Below are positions 14,691-29,239 of a stretch of 64,000 bases of DNA, piece after piece; position 1 is the first letter of the stretch, and each line of letters opens with the position of its first letter. The translations under genes and the position numbers were made by a program. The notes below the pieces were generated by a model. It saw only the letters and a program-made list of their open reading frames with translations, did not search any database and had not been told where the DNA came from. Source of the stretch: the human T2T-CHM13v2.0 reference genome, Homo sapiens; the NCBI RefSeq assembly GCF_009914755.1, contig NC_060928.1; one strand, written 5' to 3'.

Positions 14691-16455
14691 TATTCTATCA
14701 ATTTATATGCCTAAGACTTGTAATAGATATTATCATGATTAGGTTTATAGCTATTTTCCAACAGACTAAGCTCCCTGAGGGTTGAAAACTTTCTATTAGT
14801 AGTTCAGTTCCACATGCAGCAACTAATCAATAAATATATATTAAGTAAATGATTGAAATTGATGAAAAAGCACTCATACTTTAAACCAGGATACATAATT
14901 TTTTTTCCACATATTTTTCTCCTGTGCAAAATAATTACGGAAGATTATGGACTACATTTGTAGAGCATTAAGGAGAAATGTTGGCAGTAAGAGTGTTCTA
15001 TATTCTAACACACTGTCATCCATTTTTAGGGAAAATAGAAAAGAACCTTTTGCATCTGCAAAGGCCTTAATTATATACATCACATATATCATGAAAACAT
15101 TAAGAAAAGGTGTCTAGATTGTGCAGACTTTCATTAAATTAAGAAATGGGAAATATGGCTTTAGTAGTTCTAGTGATAATAAAATCACACATTTTAAAAT
15201 TATATCTAAAATTGTAAAGGTCATATGGCTATGTATAAAAAAAGATAAAAGATGTTTATATTCTCTTGCTTTGATACTGCGATTTTGATTACAAAGACAT
15301 TTTACCTCTATCATTAAGATTCTGTCATTTTGGCTTATCTCTGTACCTAAATCCTTCTGTTTCCTTACTAAGCTTATTTTTGTTCTTTAAAATATAAATA
15401 AAAATATTAAGTGTAGCGACACTATTGAAAATCATGTGGTTGGAAATCCTTTTCCTCCAAGAAAGCAATAAATAAACTGACAAAAATAGAATGAACTATT
15501 TCATGACTCTATAATCAACAGTTGCAACAACCAGTGGGATACTTACTTAAAGAAGAACAAAGCTGCTGAATTTTGTCAAATAGCGCTGTGGTATTTTAAG
15601 TCATCTTGTTACCACCCTCCAATCCCCCCAGCTCAATGGTGGCCTTGAAGACAGTAGCCCACATTTCTGGTGCAGGTTGCAGGTACCAACGGGAACAATA
15701 CAGACCTTCTTTTTGAAGAATTGCAGTAGTGTTCTGTGACTTGTCTGGTGGTTCCTTGAAGGATTAGCTCAAAGGATTTCCTTTGTTTTATTTACTTTTG
15801 ATCTTACCCAGAGATGAGGTAGCTTCTCAGGTGACCTTTGTCAGAAATTTAAATGAAAATGAATTAGCTGCTGTTGCCTGAGGCAAGAAGTAATTATTTG
15901 GGGAAAAAATAGACAAACAAACCTGGGAAGACAGAGTTTTGGGAAGGAGATACTTGAGAGAATGAAGGCTTTTAAAAGTTCTTGCCTGTTCTGGGAATCC
16001 AAGAGGCCAAGCACAGGCCAAGGGCTGAAGACATGCCAGAAAAAAACCTGAGAAAACCTGGAACTATCCTGCTTCAGTTGATCTTTAAGATCTATAAAAG
16101 CAGGACGTGAAGGCTAAGGCAGAGTTGTCAATAGGCATGGCTAAACATTACAGAGCTTTAAGTGACCTCAAATGACAATGAATACAGGCTTTAAGACATT
16201 AGTTCAGAAATGTCACTTAGCATACAAACAACAACAACAATCCATGAAGAAGGTGGAGAATATAATTTTCAAAGTCGCCACATTAAAATATTAAAAATAT
16301 CCAGCTTTTAAAAAATCAGTGATATATGCAAGGGAACAAGAATGTGTTGTCCATTCAAAGAGGAAATAAATTAATAGAAACTGTGCCAGAGGAAGAACAG
16401 ATATTAGACTTCCCAGATGAAGACTTTAAATCAAATGTTTAATTTATGCCAAAAA

Positions 16456-17196
16456 TGTTACCAGTAGTTAGATGGGCACGATCAGGGCAAGAGAGGGTTC
16501 CCTCTCAACCAACCTGCCAGGAATGTCAAGCGATCCGGTGATGGTTCAACAATTGTTGCTTTGCCTCTCTAAAAATGATAATTTGGTAGCCTGCACCAGG
16601 GAGAGACAATCGCCTGCTGATCCACAGCTGTTAATATTAAAATGTTAATTGAATGCAGGCTCCAGGGAGAAACAGAAAGGGCTTCCAGTAAAATCTCAGG
16701 TATTGGTTGAGTGAGCCTGGACATGCACATTAAGAGAAAAAATGATGAACTATGAGCTTTTCTGGGCACTCCACCTGAAAAGGGAAGAAAGCCTTAGATG
16801 GATATGAATATGACTTCCTAAACATGCTGCCAGTGCTCACTTGGCAATGATAAGGAGGGCACTGTGTATGTGGGCAGCTCCCCATAAGGGAAGAATCATG
16901 AGAAAGGAGCACAAGATGCCAGAGGTGAACCAGCCTACAAAGTCCTAGAATCAAGGTTAAACATTGCATTTGTTCTTCAGGTTTCCTGGTTGGGTTTCTT
17001 CCCAGAGTACCTTCCTTTCTTTCCTGTTTTATAGCTTTTTAATAAACTCCCATTCATGCTCTGAAACTTACCTCAGTTTCTTTTTCTGTTTCATGCTCTT
17101 CAGTCAAATTCTTTCTTCTGAAGAGGCAAGAATTGAGGCTGCTGTAGATCCATATGGATTCACCACTGGTAACTAGAACACCTTCCACCAGTAACA
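16456..17196 (+). mobile_element. ERV1 solo LTR, MER50 family
   Basis: TGTTA...TAACA termini; ends GAGGCAAGAATTGAGG...GGATTCACCACTGGTAAC...CCTTCCACCAGTAACA; interrupts the L1 ORF1 region. Confidence 0.75.
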
Positions 17197-17335
17197 AAAT
17201 AACTAAAGAAAGCCATGGACAAAATACACACATACACACACGCAAAACAAGTAAAAAATAAAACAAGAGAAAAATGTCTTACCAAGTAAAAATTATCAGT
17301 AAATTTAACAAAGAGAGAAATAATTAAAAGGAGGA

Positions 17336-17625
<290 letters not shown>

Positions 17626-18193
17626 TCAACAATTTCAAAACTGATTATAAAATTTTTATGCACTTATAAGAGATCAGATCAAAGTATCATTTCTAACCAC
17701 ATGAAATGCAACTAGAAATCAAAAACAAAAAAATTGAAAATTTTATCATTATGTAAAAAAAGAAAATATATTCTTAAACAACTAAGAGCTCAAAGAAGAA
17801 ATAACAAGAGTAAATGTTTTGGGACAAATTAACACAAAAACACAACATACTTTAAGTTATAAAACGTAGCAAAAGTGAGGATTAGAGGAAAATATATAGC
17901 TGTAATGAATACATAAAACAAAAAATTCTAAAATCAATAAACTAATTTTATACCTAAAATTATATAAAAAGAAGAGCAAATTAAATCCAGTTAGGAAAAC
18001 GAAGGAAACAATAAAGATTACAGCCGAGATAAATAACAAAATAATCAACAAAACAAAGTTTGTACTTGAGGAAATCAATAAAATTGACAATCTTTAGTTA
18101 GACTAATCAAGAAAAAAAGAGAGAAGACTAAAATTACTAAAATCTAAAATGAAAATGTGGTAATATGATAAATATTACAGGATTAAAAAGAAT

Positions 18194-18497
18194 TATTATT
18201 ATTACTATTATTATTTTTATGAGACATAGTCTTACTCTGTCACCCTGTCTGGAGTGCAGTGGCACAATCTCAACTCACTGCAACCTCCACCTTCCAGACT
18301 CAAGCAATTTTCGTGCCTCAGCCTCTGGGTAGCTGGGATTACAGGTGTGCACCACCATGCCCAGCTACATTTTTTGTGTATTTAGTAGAGACATGGTTTC
18401 ATCAGGTTGGCCAGGTTGGTCTTGAACTCCTAGTGATCCACCAACCTCAGTCTCCCAAAATGCTGGGATTGTAGGTGTGAGCCACCGTGACTGGCCA
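18194..18497 (-). mobile_element. Alu (old S or Jb) with (TTA)n tail
   Basis: Full dimer inserted in L1 ORF2. Confidence 0.9.
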
Positions 18498-18598
18498 GGA
18501 ATTAAAATAATAATCACAGAAAAGTATGAACAATGTTTTATTACAGTATGAACTACCCTATATAAAATGTGCAACTTCATAGAAATATACAAATTACC

Positions 18599-18969
18599 TT
18601 TTATAGACTGAATTGTGTTCCCCAAAAATTTATATGCTAATCCCTAACCCTAATATGTCCTTATTTGGAGATGAAGTCTTAAGAAAATAATTAAGGTTAA
18701 ATAAAGTTATAAGGGTGAGCTCTGATCCAATGTCACTAGTGTCCTTAAAAAGGAGAAAACAGATACCAAAGAGATACCTTCTCTCCCTCTCTCCCTTTCT
18801 TCTCATACATGCATCAAGGAAAAGCCATATGAGGACACAGTGAGAAGATAACTATCTGAAATCTAGAAAGAGAAACTTATTCTGGGACTTCCAGTTCCAG
18901 TTAAAACATAAATTTTTGTCTTCTAAGCAACCAAGCCTCTGATATTTTCTTATGGAAGCACAATCAGAC
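18599..18969 (+). mobile_element. MLT1A MaLR LTR (last 7 bp displaced to 21219-21225)
   Basis: TATAGACTGAATTGTGTTCCCC...TAATTAAGGTTAAAT...TGAGGACACAGTGAGAAG; terminal TAATACA lies after the THE1 insert. Confidence 0.8.
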
Positions 18970-21213
18970 TGTTATGGTTTAGCTCTGTGTCCCCATCCAA
19001 ATCTCATCTTGAATTGTAATCCCTATGTGTCAAGGGAGCAACCTGGTGGGAGGTAATTGGATCATGGGGGCTCTTTTTCCCATGCTGTTCTCATGATAGT
19101 CAGTGAGTCTCATGAGACTCATGAGGTCTGATGGTTTTATAAGTGGCAGTTTTCCTGTGCTCCCACTTCACTTGTCACCTGCTGCCATGTAAGCTGCCAT
19201 GTAATCTGTGCCTGCTTCCCCTTCTGCTATGATTGTAAATTTCTTGAGGTCTCCCCCAGCCACGCAGAACTGTGAGTCAATTAAACCTCTTTTGTTTATA
19301 AATTACCCAGTCTTGGGCAGTTCTTTGTAGCAGTGTAGAAATGGACCAATATAGTAAATTGGAACTGCAGTGAATGGGTTACGGCTATAAAGACACTTGA
19401 AAATGTGGAAGCAACTTTGGAACTGGGTAACAGAAAGAAGCTGGAACAGTTTGGAGGGCTCAGAAGACAGGGAAATGTGAGAATGTTGGGAACTTCCTAG
19501 ATAATTGATAGATGGTTTTGGCCAAAATGATGACAGTGATATGGATAATGAAGTCTGGCTGAGGTGGTTTCAGATGGAGATGAGGAACCTATTGGGAACT
19601 GGAGCTAAGGTCACTCTTGCTTTAACAAAGAGACTGGTGACATTTTGTCCCTGCCTTAGAGCTCTATGGGACTCTGAACTTGAGAGAGATGATCTGATAT
19701 TGGAGCTTATGTTTAAAAGGTAAGCGGAACATAAAAGTTTGGAAAATTTGCAGCCTGACAATGCAATAGAAAAGAAAAACCCATTTTCTGAGGAGAAATT
19801 CAAGCCATCTGCATAAATTTGCATAGGTCATTACCTATGCAGAAATGTTTAGGTAACATTAGGAGCCAAATGTTAATAGCCAAGACAATGGGGAAAATGT
19901 CTCCAGGGCATGTTAGAGACCTTCACAGCAGCACCTCCCATCACAGACCTAGAGAGCTAGGAGGAACAAATGGTTTCCTGGGCTGGGCCCATAACCTCGC
20001 TGTAACCAGCTCCAGCCAGCACTAAAAAGAGCTAGACACAGCTTTGGCCACGGCTTCAAAGGATGCAAGTGCCACGACTTGGTAGCTTACATTTGGTGTT
20101 GGGTCTGTAGGTGCACAGAAGTCAAGAACTAAAGTTTGGGAACCTCCACCTAGATTTTAGAGGATGTACAGAAACTCCTGAATGTCCAGGCAGAAATCTT
20201 CTGCAGGAATGGAGCCCTATTTGAGAATCTCTGCTAGGGCACTACAGAAGGGAAATGTGAGGTTGGACCTTCACACAGAATCCACACTAAGGCACTAGTT
20301 GAAGCTGTGAGAACAGAGTGAAGCTGTGAGAAGACAGCCACCATCTTCCAGACTGCAGAATGGTGGAACCACTGAGAACTTGCACTGTGTACCTGGAAAA
20401 GCCAAAGATACTCAGTGCCAGCCTGTGAAAGAAGCTGGGAGTGGGACTGTACCCTGCATAGCCACAGAGGCAGAGTAGCCCAAGGCTGTGGGAACCCACC
20501 TCTTGCATCAGCTTGCCCTTGACATGAATTCAAAGGAGATTATTTTGGAGCTTTAAGATTTAATAACTGCCCAGCTGGATTTTGGACTTGCATGGAGCCT
20601 GTAGTCCCTTTGTTTTGTACAATTTCACTCATTTGGAATGGGAGCATTTATTTAATGCCTCCTACATCCATTGTATCTTGGAAGAAATTGACTTGCTTTT
20701 GATTTTACCAGCTCATAGGTAAAAAGGGACCTGTCTTGTCTCAGATGAGGCTTTGGACTGTGGACTTTTGAGTTAATGCTGAAATGAGTTAAAGCTTTGG
20801 GGAACTGTTGTGAAAAGGTGATTGGTCTTGAAATGTGAGGACATGATATTTGGGAGGGGTCAGGGGTTGATTTGGCTCTGTGTCCCCACTGGAATCTCAT
20901 CCTGAATTGTAATATCCACGTCTCAAGGGTGCAACCTGGTGGGAGATAATTGGATCATGGGGCAGTTTCACCTATGCTGTTTTTGTGATAGTGAGTGAGT
21001 CTCACAAGATGCCATGGTTTTAAAAGTGGCAGTTTTTTCCTGTGCTCTCACTTCACTTCTAGCCTGCTGCCACGTAAGACATGCCAGCTTCTTTTTCTGC
21101 CAAGATTGTAAGTTTCCAGCCATGTGGAACTGTGAATCAATTAAACCTCTTTTCTTTATCAATTACCTAGTCTTGCATGCTTCTTTATAGCAGTGTGGAA
21201 ACAGCCTAATACA
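18970..21213 (+). mobile_element. Full-length THE1D-like MaLR provirus (LTR 18970-19353, internal 19354-20867, LTR ~20868-21213)
   Basis: Two similar ~350-380 bp LTRs; ~1.5 kb THE1-int (GGAAGCAACTTTGGAACTGGGTAAC...) with polypurine tract before the 3' LTR; TSD CAGAC/TAGAC. Confidence 0.9.
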
Positions 21214-22110
21214 TAGACTAATACATGACAAACAGTGACTCCAGAAATTTATAAAAATCTGAATAGACCTATAACAAGTAAAATGATGGAATCAGTAATC
21301 AAATACTTCTTAATGAAGAAAACTTCAAGACTAGATGCCTTCACTGGTAAATTTTACCAAACATAAAGAATATTCAATACCAATCTTTTTCAAACTCATG
21401 AAAAAGAGGTTGTAATACTTTCTAGATCACCTTATAAGGTCAGAATTACACTGTTTCTAAAGCTAGACAAATATATCACAGAAAAGAAACTACAGACTAA
21501 TATATCTTGTCAAAATAGATGAAAAATTTTTCAACAAAATACAAACAACCCAAATTAAGTATAATATTAATAGAATTATATGCTACAAACAAGTGAAGTT
21601 TAGACCAGGAAGGCAATAGTGGTTTAATATATACAAATCAACCAGTGTAATATACCACATTAATTAAATAAAAGACAATCAAAACACAAAATGTCAAGTG
21701 ATACAGAAGTTTCATGATAGCTTAGAAATAAAAGTGAATTTTCTCCACAGAAAAAATAGTTTTATGAAAATTCTCAGAAACATCACACTTAATGGTGAAA
21801 CACTAAAAGCTTTCTTTCTGTGACCAGGAACCATATAAAGATGCCTATTTTTTGCAGCTTTTATTTAATATTTTCTGGGCGGTTTAATCAAAGCAGTTAG
21901 GCAAGAAAAATAAACTAAAATCAGGAAGTAAAACTATCTCTGTAGATAATTTGATCTTCTATGTACAGTATACTTAAACATCCATAAGGAAATTTACTAG
22001 AGACACTAAATAAGTATAGCAAAGTTGCAAGATACATTATCAACACATAAAACGTTGTATTTATATACATTACCAAATAACAAAGCACAAGGAAAATTAA
22101 GTAAACAATA

Positions 22111-22190
22111 TATTTACAATATCAAAAAACAAATTATTTACAATGATATCAAAACGTAAAATATTTACAATGATATCAAAACACAAAATA
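22111..22190. repeat. Three tandem copies of a ~27 bp unit inside L1
   Basis: TATTTACAATGATATCAAAAC repeated. Confidence 0.8.
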
Positions 22191-22583
22191 AATATAACCA
22201 AGGATATCCAAGATTTGAACAATGAAAACAACAAACCATTGCTGAAAAAAGTTAAAGAATATCTATATAAATGCCAAGATGTACCATGTTCATGGACTGG
22301 ACACCTTAATATTGTTAAAATGGCAATATTCCCAAAGTGATCTACAGATTTAGTGCAATCTCTGTTAAAATTCAACTGCTTTTTAAAATTTAGAAAAGGA
22401 AAATCTGATTCTAATATTCACATATAATTTCAAAAGATCTGAAAATCCAAAACAAACTTGAAAAAAAACACTGACACTTCACAATCAGTAAATTGGGAGA
22501 GATATAGTAGTTGAAGATAGACAATTGTTTATATGTATATTTCAGTTACAACTCAAAACAAAAAAGCAAAAAGATAAATTACC

Positions 22584-23305
22584 TGTTATGGGTTGAATTA
22601 TGCACCCAAAAATTTACATGTTGAAGCCTACCCCTAGTATTTCAGAATGTGACCTTATTAAAAATAGAGTGGATATAGATGTTATCAGTTAAGATGAGAT
22701 CATACTGGAGTATGCTGGGTCCCTAAACCAATGTGATTGGTGTCCTTGTAAAAACAGGGAAATTTTGACCCAGATACACACACACAAGAAGAACAGCATA
22801 TAAATATAAAAGCAGAGTACAAAAAAGATTAAAAAAGAATCAACAAGACCTACTATTTGGTAGCACAATAGGGTAACTATAGCCAATAATAGCTATATGT
22901 TTTTAAAATAACTTAAAGAATGTAATTGAATTATTTGTAACTCAAATGAAAAATGCTTGAGGGGATGGATACCCATTCTCCATGATGTGCTTATTTCACA
23001 TATTATGGAGTACAAAACATCTCATGTACCCCATAAATATATACAACTACTATGTAGCCAGAAAAATTTAAAAAAATTAAAAAAAAAATAAAACCAGAAA
23101 AGTATATAAAGGCAGAGATTGTGGCAATGCATCTACAAATCAAGGTGAGAAGTCTGGGATAAATATTTTTCTACTATCCCTTAGAAGAAAACCGCCTTCC
23201 AACACCTTGATTTCAGACTTCTAGCCAGCAAAACTGTGAGACAATACATTTATGCTGTTTAAGCTACTTACTATTTTGTTATGGCAGTCCTGTCAAACTA
23301 ATATA
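22584..23305 (+). mobile_element. MLT1B MaLR LTR, split by an L1MA insert
   Basis: TGTTATGGGTTGAAT start, CAGAATGTGACCTTATT, end TTGTTATGGCAGTCCTGTCAAACTAATATA. Confidence 0.8.
22817..23095 (+). mobile_element. L1MA1/2 3' end inside MLT1B
   Basis: GCTTGAGGGGATGGATACCC...CATCTCATGTACCCCATAAATATATAC plus A-tail; approximate TSD TATAAA(A/G)GCAGAG. Confidence 0.85.
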
Positions 23306-24389
23306 CTTAAAAATTAAACATTTGCAAAAACTTAGACATTTTATCAACAAAGAAAAATAAATGGCCAATACACATGTAAAAAGGTCAACATCACTAGTCA
23401 TTAGAAAAATGTGAATCAAAATCACAATAATATACTACATCTCATGGATGGGCATAATTTTTAAAAGTAGAGGAATTTAAACCCTCACACATTGCTAGTG
23501 GGAATGCAAAGCGTTATAGCCACTATGAAAAATAGCTTGGCAGCTCCTCAAAAGGTTAAACATAGAATTACATGTGGCCAAACAATTTTATCTCTAGTAT
23601 ATACCCCGCAAAAGAGAAAATAAGTGTTCAAACAAAAACATCATAATCGTAAAAGCACTATTTCCAATAGCTAAAATGGCAAAATGCATAAACAACAAAA
23701 AAGTTTATCAAATAATGAATGGATAAACAAAATTGTATCTATATACAACAGAATATTATTCAGTCATAAAAAGAAATAAAGTGCTGATACTTGCTACAAC
23801 ATGGATTATCATTGAAAACATTATGCTAAGTGAAGATAGCCTGACACGAAAGATCATATATTGCATAATTATCCATAAGAGGCAAATCTATAAAGTTAGA
23901 AAGCAGATCAGTAATTTTCAGGGGCTGAAGGGAGAGAAAAATGGGAAATGATGCTTAAAGGGTAAAGGGCTTCTTTTTGAGATAATGTAAACGTCCTAAA
24001 ACTGCAGAGTGGTGATAGTTGCACAACATTGTAAATGTATTAAATACTACCAAATTGTACTTTCTAACATGGTTAAAGTGATAAATTTTTCCACATAAAT
24101 TTTAGCCTAAAGGAAGAAAATTACTAAAAGATAAGTGTTTACTTTGTAGTGATAATGAATTTACAAGGAAAAATGATGGACAGAATAGTAAGGCTTTACA
24201 GTGAATTTATAAAACACGTACATGGAATTATAATGAATTTGTAAAAAAAATTACAAAGAATAAATTGAACATTTTAATATCTGTAATAGCAGAAATATTC
24301 AATGGCACTTTGCTGGCAATATTAAAGAATTCAATAGTAAAATGGACTTATCTACTACCTAAACCTTAATTTTAAATAAACAATTTTTG

Positions 24390-26830
24390 GGTTGGGTCAA
24401 GAAGGCAGACTAGAGGTAGCTCTTGTCCACTGTTCTAACAGAGGGGAAAAAAATGACTAGGAAACTGATCCTGCAAGCTAATTGTCTAAGGAACCACATT
24501 GTGATCCATCAAGTCAGCAAGGAGACATGAGCAGAGAGGAGCAAATCTGGGCAGCAGCCCATCTGGGATTAGCATGGAGCCAGAAGAAGCTTCTCAACAC
24601 AGGAAAAGAGTGAATGGGTCAGAGCCCCTCCAGTGGATTTACATCCTGCCCAGGAACCTGTGCAAGCCTGAGAGTTGGAGAATCCTCCTGACCTCCACCC
24701 ACATGCCTCTTAATTGAGACACAGAGCCACTCAGAGTTTTTGCAGAAGCAACTCTCAGGTGCATGGTGACCTCTACAAGCCTTTGTCCCTGGAACAGACT
24801 AGCACCAATGCCATAGTCCCAACAGAGGCTGCAGTTGTTTTGCCTGGGATCAGTAAGATCGCTCCGGCCCCTGTCACCAAAAAAGGTTCAACACCAGCAT
24901 CCCACCTGGCAGCCCCACTTCTGTTTGAATTCTGGCAGTGAGTGCAGCCTCCTGTTCCCACAGGAAACACGCAGACTGTAGAGCAGGTTGTTCCACCCAC
25001 CCCCACTGCTCATAGCCAGACAGGCACACCTGCTAGAGCTTCTATCTCAGTGGTCCTGCTTCTGTCTGAACTATGCCAGGATTCCAGCCTTCTGTTGTCC
25101 TGGGACACACCTGAAACAACAGGGTGGGTAACCCCCAACCTGGATTGTAGGAAGGTCAGTGGAATCAAGGAGAAAGTTGAAACCCAATCAAAGAAACCCA
25201 GTATGACAATCCAGGATCTGAAAAATAGAAGAGCCATTTTAAGAAAGAACCAAACTGAACTTCTGAAACTAAAAAATTTACTTCAAGAATTTTACAATAC
25301 AATTGCAGGCATCAAGAGCAGAATAGATCAAGCTGAAGAAAGGATGTCAGCACTTGAAGAACAGCCTTTTGAACCAACTCAGTCAAACAAAACTAAAGAA
25401 AAAAAGCATTTTAAAAAATGAACAAAACTTTTGAGAAAGATAGGATCTTGTAAAGACACCAAATATATGACTTATTGGCATTCCCAAAAGAGAGGGAGAG
25501 AGAATAAGTTACCTGAAAATGTATTTGAGAATACAGTCTATGAAAATTTCCCTAAACTTGCTAGAGGAGGAAAAATTCGGAAAATATAGAGAACTCCTGC
25601 AATACACTAGACAAGATGACCATTCCTAAGGTATGGAGTCATCAGATTAACCAAAGTCAATGCAAACAAAACAAAACAAAAACTTTATAGGCAGCTAGAG
25701 AAAAAGGCAGGTAACCTACAAAGGAAACCCCATCAGGCTGACAGCAGACTTCTCAGCAGAAACACTACAAACCCGAAGAAATTGGGGGCTTATTTTCAGC
25801 ATGCTAAAGAAAAGAATTTCCCACTAAGTATATCATATCCAAACTAAGCATTATAAGTGAAGGAGAAATAAAGTCCTCCTCAGATAAGCAAGCACTAAAG
25901 GAATTCATTACCACAAAACCACTCTTAAAAGAGGTCCTTACAGGAGTGCTAAACATGGAAACAAAGCACCAAAATCTGCTAACTCAAAAGATACACTTAA
26001 GCATATAGCCCACAGACATTATAAAACAACTACACAATCAAGTCTACAAAACAGGCAGCCAAAAACATGATGACAGAATCAAAATCTCATATGTCAATAC
26101 TAACTCTGAATGTTAATGGTCTAAACACCCCATTTAAAAGACTCAGAATGGTAAGCTGGATAAAATGCCAAGACCCAACAGTCTGCTGTATTTAAGAGAT
26201 GCATCCCACATGTAATGATCTCTACCAGCTCAAATTAAGGGATGGAAAAAGATCTACCAAAAATAAATGGAAAACAAAAGAGAGCAAGAGTTTCTATTCT
26301 CACAACAGATAAAACAGATTTTAAATCAATAATCAGGAAGAATAAACAAAGGCAGTACATAATGACAAAGGGTTCAATTCAACAAGAAGACTTAACTATT
26401 CTAAATATATAGATACCCAGCATAGGAGCACCCAGATTCATAATACAAGTTCTTCATGACCTATGAAAAGACACAGGCAGCCACATAATAATAGTAGATG
26501 ACTTTAACACCTACTCACAGCATTACAGAGATCATAAAGGCAGAAAATCAACAAAGAAATTGTGGACTTAGAGTCAACATTTGACCAATTGGACCCAATA
26601 AACATCTACAGAGTATTTCACCCAACAACCACAGAATATACATTCTTCTCATCCATACACAGAACTATTCTAAGATCAACCATGGGCTCAACCATAAAGC
26701 GAGTCACGATATATTAAAAAATAATTGAAATTACACCAAGTACACTGTCAGACCACAGTGCAATAACAAGAGAAATTGATACAAAGAAGATCATTCAAAA
26801 CTACACAAAAACATGGAAATTAAGCAACAA
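24390..26830 (+). mobile_element. L1PA15/16-like 5' half (5' UTR, ORF1, start of ORF2), 3'-truncated
   Basis: ORF 24942..25421 includes the ORF1p coiled coil (KNQTELLKLKNLLQEF...RIDQAEERMSALE); ORF2 start MTESKSHMSILTLNVNGLNTP at 26070; many stops. Confidence 0.88.
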
Positions 26831-27349
26831 TATATTACATACTTATATTTTCTCCCCACGTCTATCCTCCAACTGATCATAATTTCTCATTTATCTTGAA
26901 TTACTTCACTTTTGTTCGGGTCTACTTTAAATCACATATACAGTCCCTTAACTGTAATACTCTTTTGCCTATTATCAACTGAAGAGAATCACTCTTATCT
27001 TTGAGGACCTACAAATAGTATAATTTAAGTCCATGCTATCTCGTCTATAAAATGTGAATAATCATTCTCAGTCTTAGAATTTATGTATGGCTTAGATATA
27101 ATACATACTCAGCTTCAACCCAAAACTCATATGTCATGGAGGGCTTAAAAATAAATAGCATTCATTGTGCTAGGTTTCACATTTTCATTTTTTAAATTTT
27201 CTTTTTTATTCCATACCTAGACAATAAACTCTTTATGAGCAGCAATTGTACTTTTCACATTTTTGTATCCTCAGCACCTAAAACACTGCTCCCTGGGAGG
27301 TATTCAATAACATGTAACTAAGAAGATGTAGGAAATTAACACATTCATC

Positions 27350-28690
27350 TATTTTCCTGCGTGTAAAAAGCTTGAAAGTCATCACTGCGCCTAACAACAA
27401 GTTAAAAGCTAAGGAGACTGATAAACGCCTCTTGGCTCCAAGCGAGAGGTGAGGACACAGAGAAAATCACTGCCCCGAAGACTGGAGAGATAGACAGGTG
27501 AATACAAGTATTCACAGCTTACCAAAGCAGATACCCCAAATCAGAAACCACCAAGAACAAGTGTCTACATAGGAATACCTGAAATGTAATTGATGAATTC
27601 CTGCGGCCTTAGTGCTGATAAGTGTGAGAGTTAAATCCTCCTGGAAGACCCAATCACAAGGGGGTCTCCACACTCCGTGAGTTTTACCTCCAGGAGCTCC
27701 ATGAGGTTCTCACAGTAAATATCACAGGAAAAACCACTCATGCATCTAGCAGGAGGAGGGAATCATAAACAATTTTGAAATAGACCAGAGCATTCTGTTC
27801 CTCTTAACAAGGCCTGTTCTAAGGGGAAACTATCTACTAACAGCCTCATCCTCTGGGGTTTGATCAGAGCCTAACTAATCACGGGGAAGGAAAATATCCA
27901 ACTCCAGCCCACTGCAGCCATCCTATTCCACCTGCAGTGGTGGAGGAGATTGAGAAAAACTTGTAAACTTCACAGTCCAGGGGCATATGCCCACTAAAAT
28001 GTTTAAACCTAATCTTAGTCTATAGGATAATAACCCTTCCCTCACACTGTACTTATTTTGCTTTACCCTACACTTTTATCTCATAACTTCTAGCACAAAA
28101 GGTCAGTTCCTTCGCTTATTACATCATGTCCAGCTATCAAAACAATATTGCAGGCACACTAAAAGGCAAAACACACATACACACACACACACAATTTGAA
28201 GAGACACAGAAACCATCAGAACCAGACATAAGTGGGATGTTGAAGTTTATAGACTAGAAATTTAAAACAATAATAATGAATATATAATGGGGACTAATGA
28301 ATAAAGCAAACAGCATGCAAGAAGAGATGGGCAATGTAGGTAGACAGAAGGAAATCCTAAGACAGAACCCAAAAGAAATTCTAGATATTTAACAAACTGT
28401 AAAAGAAATGAAGAATGCCTTTGATGGGCTTCTTATCAGTCCTAAGATGGCTAAGAAAGAATATCTGAGCTTGAGAATATTTTGAAAGAAATCTCAAAAC
28501 CTGAAAACAAAAACAAAGATTGACAGAAACAAAATAAACGAACAAATCCAAGAACTGTGGGACTGGTACAAAAGATGTAAAACATGTATAATGAAAGTAC
28601 CAGAAGGAGAAAAAGGAGAGAAAGAAGCAAAATAAATATTCGAAACAGTAGCGACTGAGAATTTTGCCAAATTAATATTATACATTAAAT
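27350..28690 (+). mobile_element. L1MC-type 5' region and partial ORF1
   Basis: CACTGCCCCGAAGACTGGAGAGATAGACAGG; AATGAAGAATGCCTTTGATGGGCT; CCAAGAACTGTGGGAC. Confidence 0.7.
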
Positions 28691-28859
28691 GGATGATTGA
28701 ATAAAATGAATGAATAAAAGTCCTTATGACTCTTATTCTTGCCATTCTAACACACTTAGTTTAAAAATATTGGTGATTATCATAACTTGCCTACTGAAGT
28801 ATTAGAAAACCAGATATTTATTGATGAAGACAATGCACTAAGTCTTCTGATCACTAAAA

Positions 28860-29239
28860 CATTCTGATCACTTAAGTAATCATAATTTCTAAAAAGTTTT
28901 AAGCTATTCCTACATTTCTTTTCTTCTGAGCTTTCATCGGAATTTTCCTTATTGCTCTGTTTATGGTAATGTAGGCTTTTTCCAGCCTGCTCTTCCAACC
29001 GCTTCCAGCTCCACTACTTGGTACCAATTTTCTGTTTCAGTCTGTTTTGTGCTGCCAGAACAGAAACTTGGAATTTTAGAAAGAACAGGAATAGACAAAC
29101 TCACCTTTTTATGATGGCATAAATTTCACCCATGATGACTCTTATGGCCTAAATTCTAAAGGGCCCTATTTAATATTTTTATAATGACAATTAAATTCCA
29201 ATACGAATTTTAGAGGGGACAACCATCCAAACTATAGTA
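28860..29239 (-). mobile_element. MST/MLT1A-type MaLR LTR (internally deleted) plus start of internal region
   Basis: Reverse LTR start ...AGGGGACAACCATCCAAACTATAGTA; LTR-int junction GGTACCAATTTTCTG; ORF 28780..28998 resembles MaLR-int leader. Confidence 0.65.

Noticed and set aside
18591-22590. Both MLT1A and MLT1B insertions are preceded by AAATTACC
   Set aside because: Two events in A-rich L1 sequence; best treated as coincidence, not target specificity
24942-25421. 159 aa ORF with a coiled coil
   Set aside because: A remnant of L1 5' UTR fused to ORF1p; the rest of ORF1 and ORF2 is disrupted
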